Shown here in pieces: positions 17,499 to 22,045 of a stretch of 22,045 nucleotides of DNA (positions within the stretch are counted from its first letter, which is position 1; each line of letters begins with the position of its first letter). Origin of the DNA: Vulcanimicrobiota bacterium (GTDB lineage Bacteria > Vulcanimicrobiota > Vulcanimicrobiia > Vulcanimicrobiales > Vulcanimicrobiaceae); NCBI GenBank assembly GCA_003133025.1, contig PKZK01000183.1:5818-27862 (forward strand), read 5' to 3'. A program made the translations under genes and the position numbers. Under the pieces are notes generated by a model that was not told the DNA's origin, did not search any database, and worked only from the letters and a program-made list of their open reading frames with translations.

Positions 17499-18620
17499 CT
17501 AGAACGCACCAAGCCCGTCGGGCGTTCCGTTTCCGGTGGGCTCGTCGTAGCCGCTGGGCGGAATGTCGTAGAGTTTCGAGGCGTGCGCATAGAGCGTGCG
17601 CGCGTTCTTGATGGTTCTCGCGTTGCCGGCGAGCGCGTAGAGTGCGGCGAGCGCCGGCGCACCGACGCTCGTGCCGCCGACCACGAGCCAGCCGTTCTCC
17701 TGATACGAGTCGTAGATCGCGACGCCGGTCGAAGGGTCACCCACGAAGGCCGCGTCCACGTCGGTGCGCGTCGTGCAGAACGTGTCGTGCTGCCACGCGG
17801 GCTTCTTGGCGTATTGCGCGCAGCCGCCGCCGCCATCGGCAGTCTCGGTCCAGCCACGGCTGCCGCCGCCGCCTTTTTTCAAGGTCGTGGACCCAACCGC
17901 GGTCACGTAGGGTAGGGCCGCCGGGTAACCGATGCCGTAGCCCGAGTCGCCCGCGGCTGCGGTGACCGGGCGGCCCGCATCGTAGGGCGAGTGGGCGTCC
18001 TCGCCCTCGAACTCCGCGCCGGTGTAGCCGGTGGAGATCACCGTCGCGCCCAACGTCCGCGCTTCGCTCACCGCGGCGCCGAGATCGGAGAGCGACGCAC
18101 TGCTCGCCTCCACTAAGAGAATCTTGCAGTTGGGACAGAGCGCCGAGACCATGTCGGCATCGAGCGACTCTTCGACGGCCCAGCCCGCGTTCGGCGAGGG
18201 CAAAGACGAGCCGCCCATCTGATTGACCTTAGCCAAACATCCCGAGCCGCACGCGGCTAAGCCATAGGTGCTGCGATACTCCGCGACATCGGCGAGCAGA
18301 TTGGGGTCGTCGTACGCATCGATGATCGCGGCCGTCGCGCCCGCGCCGCCGCCGATGTCGTCGGTCAGACTGTACGCGCTCCACAAATCCTGGGGTCCGT
18401 AGCCCTTGGGCAGCCCTGCGAGCGCGACGTCGCCATCCTCGCGTATGCGCGCCGCGCAGTGCGCGAAGCCGAAGCGTGCATTTTCGCACGCGGCTCGAAC
18501 CGGAGTCGCGAGACTAAGCGCGAGTACGCTGCGCGCAGGCGCGTCCGTCGCCACGCCCGCACACCCGGCCACGGCGACGAATCCAATCAGTGCAAAGCCT
18601 CTGCGAATCATCACGCGCAT
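17499..18620 (-). CDS. S53 (sedolisin-like) serine peptidase, lipoprotein
   Basis: EESLD (Glu-x3-Asp), GDSG oxyanion Asp, GGTS nucleophile, GYDEPTGNGTP calcium-site region; lipobox VAGC (Cys20). Confidence 0.87.
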   Translation of the reverse strand: MRVMIRRGFALIGFVAVAGCAGVATDAPARSVLALSLATPVRAACENARFGFAHCAARIREDGDVALAGLPKGYGPQDLWSAYSLTDDIGGGAGATAAIIDAYDDPNLLADVAEYRSTYGLAACGSGCLAKVNQMGGSSLPSPNAGWAVEESLDADMVSALCPNCKILLVEASSASLSDLGAAVSEARTLGATVISTGYTGAEFEGEDAHSPYDAGRPVTAAAGDSGYGIGYPAALPYVTAVGSTTLKKGGGGSRGWTETADGGGGCAQYAKKPAWQHDTFCTTRTDVDAAFVGDPSTGVAIYDSYQENGWLVVGGTSVGAPALAALYALAGNARTIKNARTLYAHASKLYDIPPSGYDEPTGNGTPDGLGAF

Positions 18621-18697
18621 AAATCATCTCCGGCAACTTCGCAACGCTCTACTTCGCGGCCGCCGGCCGATAAGCCGCCGCGCCGCGCAGGTGGACT

Positions 18698-18716
18698 GAC
18701 TTTGCATCGCAAAGTC
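18698..18716. promoter_or_regulatory. Perfect palindromic operator upstream of the membrane protein-HTH-uppS operon
   Basis: GACTTTGC-ATC-GCAAAGTC with 8-bp perfect arms, ending 8 nt before ATG 18725. Confidence 0.78.
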
Positions 18717-18724
18717 TTGCGGCC

Positions 18725-19342
18725 ATGGAAGTACGCCGGGCCCTGGCGGATCTGGCCGAGGTGCGCGGCCGTCTCGCGACGCTGCAGCGCTTTGACGGAT
18801 ATTCGGGCAACGCCGCTGTGGCAAGCGGCGTGGTCGCCTTGGGCGCCGGGGCCGCGCAGTTCGTGCTCGCCCCGCACCCCATCGCTCCCTCAACGCGGCT
18901 GACCTACCTCTGGATCTGGCTGATCTGCCTTGGCCTGGCCCTGGCGATCAACTACGGCGCCATCGTCGCCTGGCGCTCGCGTCACCCCGATCCCCAGGCC
19001 GCCGCGCAGATGCGCACCGTCGGCTTCACCATCTTGCCCGCGATCGCGGCCGGCGGCGTGGTGACCCTGGCGCTCGTGCTGCGCGGTCTCTTCGACCTGC
19101 TGCCCGGCATGTGGTGCGCCACCTACGCCCTGGGCCTTTTCGCCTCGCGCTCGATGGTGCCGCGCGAGGTCGTGTACGTGGCCATCGCCTTCGGGGCGGC
19201 CGCAACCGCGCTACTCTTGCTGCCGAACATAGATCCGTTGGCCTGGTGGATCATGCCCGCCGCATTCGGCCTCGGACAGATCGCGATCGGCGCGATCGTC
19301 CGGGCCCGTCCCCTTCAGGAAAGGACTCGCACGATCCGATGA
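18725..19342 (+). CDS. Hypothetical integral membrane protein (about 6 TM)
   Basis: Amphipathic N-terminal helix (ALADLAEVRGRL) followed by several hydrophobic segments; the stop overlaps the next ATG (ATGA 19339-19342). Confidence 0.8.
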   Translation: MEVRRALADLAEVRGRLATLQRFDGYSGNAAVASGVVALGAGAAQFVLAPHPIAPSTRLTYLWIWLICLGLALAINYGAIVAWRSRHPDPQAAAQMRTVGFTILPAIAAGGVVTLALVLRGLFDLLPGMWCATYALGLFASRSMVPREVVYVAIAFGAAATALLLLPNIDPLAWWIMPAAFGLGQIAIGAIVRARPLQERTRTIR

Positions 19343-19701
19343 ACCAAGCGCCGTTCGCCTACGAGGGGCTGGAGCGTATCTTTCACGAGCGGGGCAGGCT
19401 GGCCGTCTGTACGTGTCTAGTGGCCAATCCCGCCGGCATGAGCTTCACCGCGCTGCAAGAAGCCTGCGCGCTCACCGACGGCAACCTCAACCGTCATCTG
19501 CACGCGCTTGCCGAAACTGCAATCGTCACGCTCGAACGCAAACGCGGCTCGGGGCGGCCCACGACGATCGTGCGCATTACGGAATCCGGACGCGAACGAT
19601 TCCTGGCCTACGTGGACGAGTTGGAAGCGGTCGTGCGCGCGGTGCACGCGAGCGACGAACGCACGTCCGGCGCCGGTTTGCGCTTGGCGGCGCAATCATG
19701 A
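19339..19701 (+). CDS. Winged-helix transcriptional regulator (HTH_34 / MarR-ArsR-like)
   Basis: FAYEGLERIFHERGRL, LTDGNLNRHL and ITESGRERFLAY; start placed at ATG 19339 from the ATGA coupling. Confidence 0.88.
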   Translation: MNQAPFAYEGLERIFHERGRLAVCTCLVANPAGMSFTALQEACALTDGNLNRHLHALAETAIVTLERKRGSGRPTTIVRITESGRERFLAYVDELEAVVRAVHASDERTSGAGLRLAAQS

Positions 19702-20426
19702 TCGATTCTGTTCGCGCACATTCCACGGGTGCGGGCATGCCCCGCCACGTCGCAATCATCATGGACGGCAACCGCCGTTGGGCCGCCGAACGCGGCCTCT
19801 CCTCGATCGAAGGCCACGCCGCGGGCGGGAGGCGTTTGCGCTCCGTCGTGCGCGCGGCGATGCGCTTCGGCGTCGAGATCCTCACCGTGTACGCATTCTC
19901 CGAAGAGAACCGCAATCGCGCACCGGCCGACGTGGCAATGCTCATGGATCTGCTGCGTTCGTTTGCCGAGCGAGAACTCGACTCGCTGCGCCGCGAAAAC
20001 GTGCGCGTAACGGCCATCGGCCGGCTCGACGCCCTGCCTGGGCCGACGTGCGAAGCGATCCGCGCACTCTGCGCGGCGACGGCCACCAACGACGGCCTGG
20101 TGCTCAACCTAGCGCTCAATTACGGCGCGCGCCGCGAACTCTGCGACGCGATCCGGGCCCTGACCGCCGACGTGGCCGCGGGCCGGCTCGATCCCGCGTC
20201 GATCGACGATGCCTCGCTTTCGGGCTACCTCTACACGGCCGGCATGCCCGATCCCGACCTCGTGATCCGCACCGGCGGCGAGCTGCGCCTCTCGAATTTC
20301 ATGCTCTACCAGAGCGCGTACGCCGAGCTGTGGGCCACCAACGTCCGCTGGCCCGACTTCGACGAGACCCTCTTCGAGGAGGCGTTAGGCTCCTTCGCAA
20401 GGAGGCAGCGCCGATTCGGTACCTAG
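19698..20426 (+). CDS. uppS: cis-prenyltransferase (undecaprenyl/polyprenyl diphosphate synthase)
   Basis: HVAIIMDGNRRWA, GH, YAFSEEN, LNYGAR, PDPDLVIRTGGELRLSNFMLYQSAYAEL, WPDF and RRFG; start ATG 19698 overlaps the HTH stop (ATGA). Confidence 0.94.
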   Translation: MIDSVRAHSTGAGMPRHVAIIMDGNRRWAAERGLSSIEGHAAGGRRLRSVVRAAMRFGVEILTVYAFSEENRNRAPADVAMLMDLLRSFAERELDSLRRENVRVTAIGRLDALPGPTCEAIRALCAATATNDGLVLNLALNYGARRELCDAIRALTADVAAGRLDPASIDDASLSGYLYTAGMPDPDLVIRTGGELRLSNFMLYQSAYAELWATNVRWPDFDETLFEEALGSFARRQRRFGT

Positions 20427-20463
20427 TGCCAGGCTAAAGCCGTCGGCGAGGGCTCCCGGGGCA

Positions 20464-20472
20464 TGGTATACT
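20464..20472 (+). promoter_or_regulatory. Extended -10 promoter of typA (leaderless configuration)
   Basis: TG-G-TATACT at 20464-20472, 7 nt before GTG 20480; no Shine-Dalgarno in between. Confidence 0.7.
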
Positions 20473-20479
20473 GAAGCAC

Positions 20480-22045
20480 GTGACGACTCGCCCCGATATC
20501 CGCAACATTGCCATCATCGCCCACGTCGACCATGGCAAGACGACCTTAGTCGATGCCATGCTCAAGCAGAGCGGCGTCTTTCGCGAGGGCCAGAGCACCG
20601 GCACCCGCATGATGGACTCCAACCCGCTCGAGCGAGAGCGAGGCATCACGATCTTGGCCAAAAACACCGCGGTGCGCCACGGTGATTTCAAGTACAACAT
20701 CGTCGATACGCCCGGCCACTCCGATTTCGGCGGCGAGGTCGAGCGCGTCTTACAGATGGTGCAGGGCGTGCTGCTGCTGGTCGATGCGGCCGAGGGCGTG
20801 ATGCCCCAAACCCGCTTCGTGCTGCGCAAAGCGCTCGAACTCGACCTGCGCGCGATCGTCGTCATCAACAAGATCGACCGTAAGGACGCGCGGGCCGAAG
20901 AAGTCGTCAACGAAGTGTTCGACCTCTTTATCGAACTGGGCGCCAGCGACGAGCAGGCAGATTTCGCCGTCGTCTACACCAACGGCAAGCAGGGCATCGC
21001 CAAGCTGAATCTGGCCGACGAGGGCGTCAACCTCGAACCGCTCTTCGACACGATCCACCAGCGCGTTCCGGAAGCGCCGGCCGAAGAGGGCCCCTTCCAG
21101 ATGCTGGTCTCGGCCATCGACCACAATAAGTATGTCGGGCGCATCGGCATCGGCCGCGTGTTCCGCGGTTCCATTAAGGTCAACGCGCCGATCGCCAAGG
21201 TCGGCCGCGAAGGCGCGGTCGAGACCGGCCTGCGGCTCACGAAGCTGCTCACATTCGCCGGCTTGGAGCGCGTCGAAGTCGACGAAGCCGCCGCGGGCGA
21301 CATCGTCTGCGTGTCCGGAATCGAAGGACTCAACATCGGCGACACCATCGCCGACGCATCCGCGCCCGAAGGCCTGCACGCGGTTGCCGTCGACGAGCCC
21401 ACGGTCTCGATGTTCTTCATGGTCAACGCCTCGCCGTTCGCGGGCAAAGAGGGCAAGTTCCTGACCTCGCGCCAGATCCGCGAGCGGCTGATGCGTGAGT
21501 TGGAATCCAACGTTGCGCTGCGCGTTTCCGACACGGAGAGCGCCGACACGTTCGAAGTGCGCGGACGCGGCGAACTGCATCTCTCGATCCTGATCGAGAC
21601 GATGCGTCGCGAAGGCTACGAGATCGCGGTTTCCAAACCGCAGGTCATCATCACCGAACGCGACGGCAAGAAGTGGGAGCCCGTCGAGTACGTGGTGGTC
21701 GACGTGCAAGAGGAGTACGCGGGCGCGGTCATCGAGTCGCTCGGCCGGCGTAAGGCGATCATGTCGAACATGCTCAACGTCGGCGATAGCCGCCGTCTCG
21801 AATACACGATGCCCACGCGCGCCATCTTCGGTTTGCGCGGCGAGTTGCTGACGCTCTCGCGCGGCACCGCGATCATGTCGCACACGTATTACGATCACCA
21901 GGAGTGGAGCGGCGAACTGCCCGGCCGTTCGGTCGGCGCGCTCGTCTCGAGCGACTCCGGCACGACCACGTCGTACGCAATGGTCGGCCTCGAAGCCCGC
22001 GGCCGCTTCTTCGTGGGCGAAGGCGTCGACGTCTACGAAGGCATG
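20480..22045 (+). CDS. typA: Translational GTPase TypA/BipA (5' part, runs off the window end)
   Basis: Read by hand from GTG 20480: MTTRPDIRNIAIIAHVDHGKTTLVDAMLKQSG, ERERGITILAK, DTPGHSDFGGEVER, NKID and GRGELHLSILIETMRREG. It is absent from the ORF track because no stop falls in the window. Confidence 0.97.
   Translation, partial: MTTRPDIRNIAIIAHVDHGKTTLVDAMLKQSGVFREGQSTGTRMMDSNPLERERGITILAKNTAVRHGDFKYNIVDTPGHSDFGGEVERVLQMVQGVLLLVDAAEGVMPQTRFVLRKALELDLRAIVVINKIDRKDARAEEVVNEVFDLFIELGASDEQADFAVVYTNGKQGIAKLNLADEGVNLEPLFDTIHQRVPEAPAEEGPFQMLVSAIDHNKYVGRIGIGRVFRGSIKVNAPIAKVGREGAVETGLRLTKLLTFAGLERVEVDEAAAGDIVCVSGIEGLNIGDTIADASAPEGLHAVAVDEPTVSMFFMVNASPFAGKEGKFLTSRQIRERLMRELESNVALRVSDTESADTFEVRGRGELHLSILIETMRREGYEIAVSKPQVIITERDGKKWEPVEYVVVDVQEEYAGAVIESLGRRKAIMSNMLNVGDSRRLEYTMPTRAIFGLRGELLTLSRGTAIMSHTYYDHQEWSGELPGRSVGALVSSDSGTTTSYAMVGLEARGRFFVGEGVDVYEGM

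Noticed and set aside
19111..19697. Upstream starts at 19111 (HTH) and 19413 (uppS) from the ORF track
   Set aside because: They would overlap the preceding genes extensively; the ATGA-coupled starts at 19339 and 19698 match the domain boundaries.
252..21898. Many long alternative-frame or antisense ORFs (e.g. 252-1220+, 2961-4001+, 6795-8027+, 7700-8824-, 14029-15135-, 20750-21898-)
   Set aside because: They are Arg/Ala/Gly-rich shadows of well-supported genes in high-GC DNA and have no family motifs; 20750-21898 is the antisense of typA.

Overview
High-GC bacterial chromosomal window. The suite of secreted phosphoesterase, S53 peptidase and beta-propeller lipoproteins recalls Eremiobacterota/Vulcanimicrobiota, but that taxonomy is inference only. 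Left to right: a secreted phosphoesterase and a Pro1 tautomerase divergent from a TetR gene across paired operators; an exported alpha/beta hydrolase and Pam-like amidase divergent from a livH-livM-SBP-livG-livF ABC operon; a lower-GC two-gene insert (orphan SAM methyltransferase-like ORF plus ALKBH8-like AlkB dioxygenase whose promoter spacer carries a GAAC-N4-GTTC LexA box); DUF6496 behind a SigB/SigF-type promoter; xth; a DUF4262 gene with a hidden in-frame N-terminal membrane anchor that seems to start at a CTG overlapping the stop of a double beta-propeller lipoprotein; an acyltransferase-3; an S53 peptidase; a translationally coupled membrane protein-winged HTH-uppS operon behind a perfect palindrome; and the 5' part of typA, apparently leaderless. 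The best candidates for an undescribed system are the methyltransferase/SOS-AlkB cassette and the regulated accessory uppS operon. No rRNA, tRNA, CRISPR array or transposase was seen.
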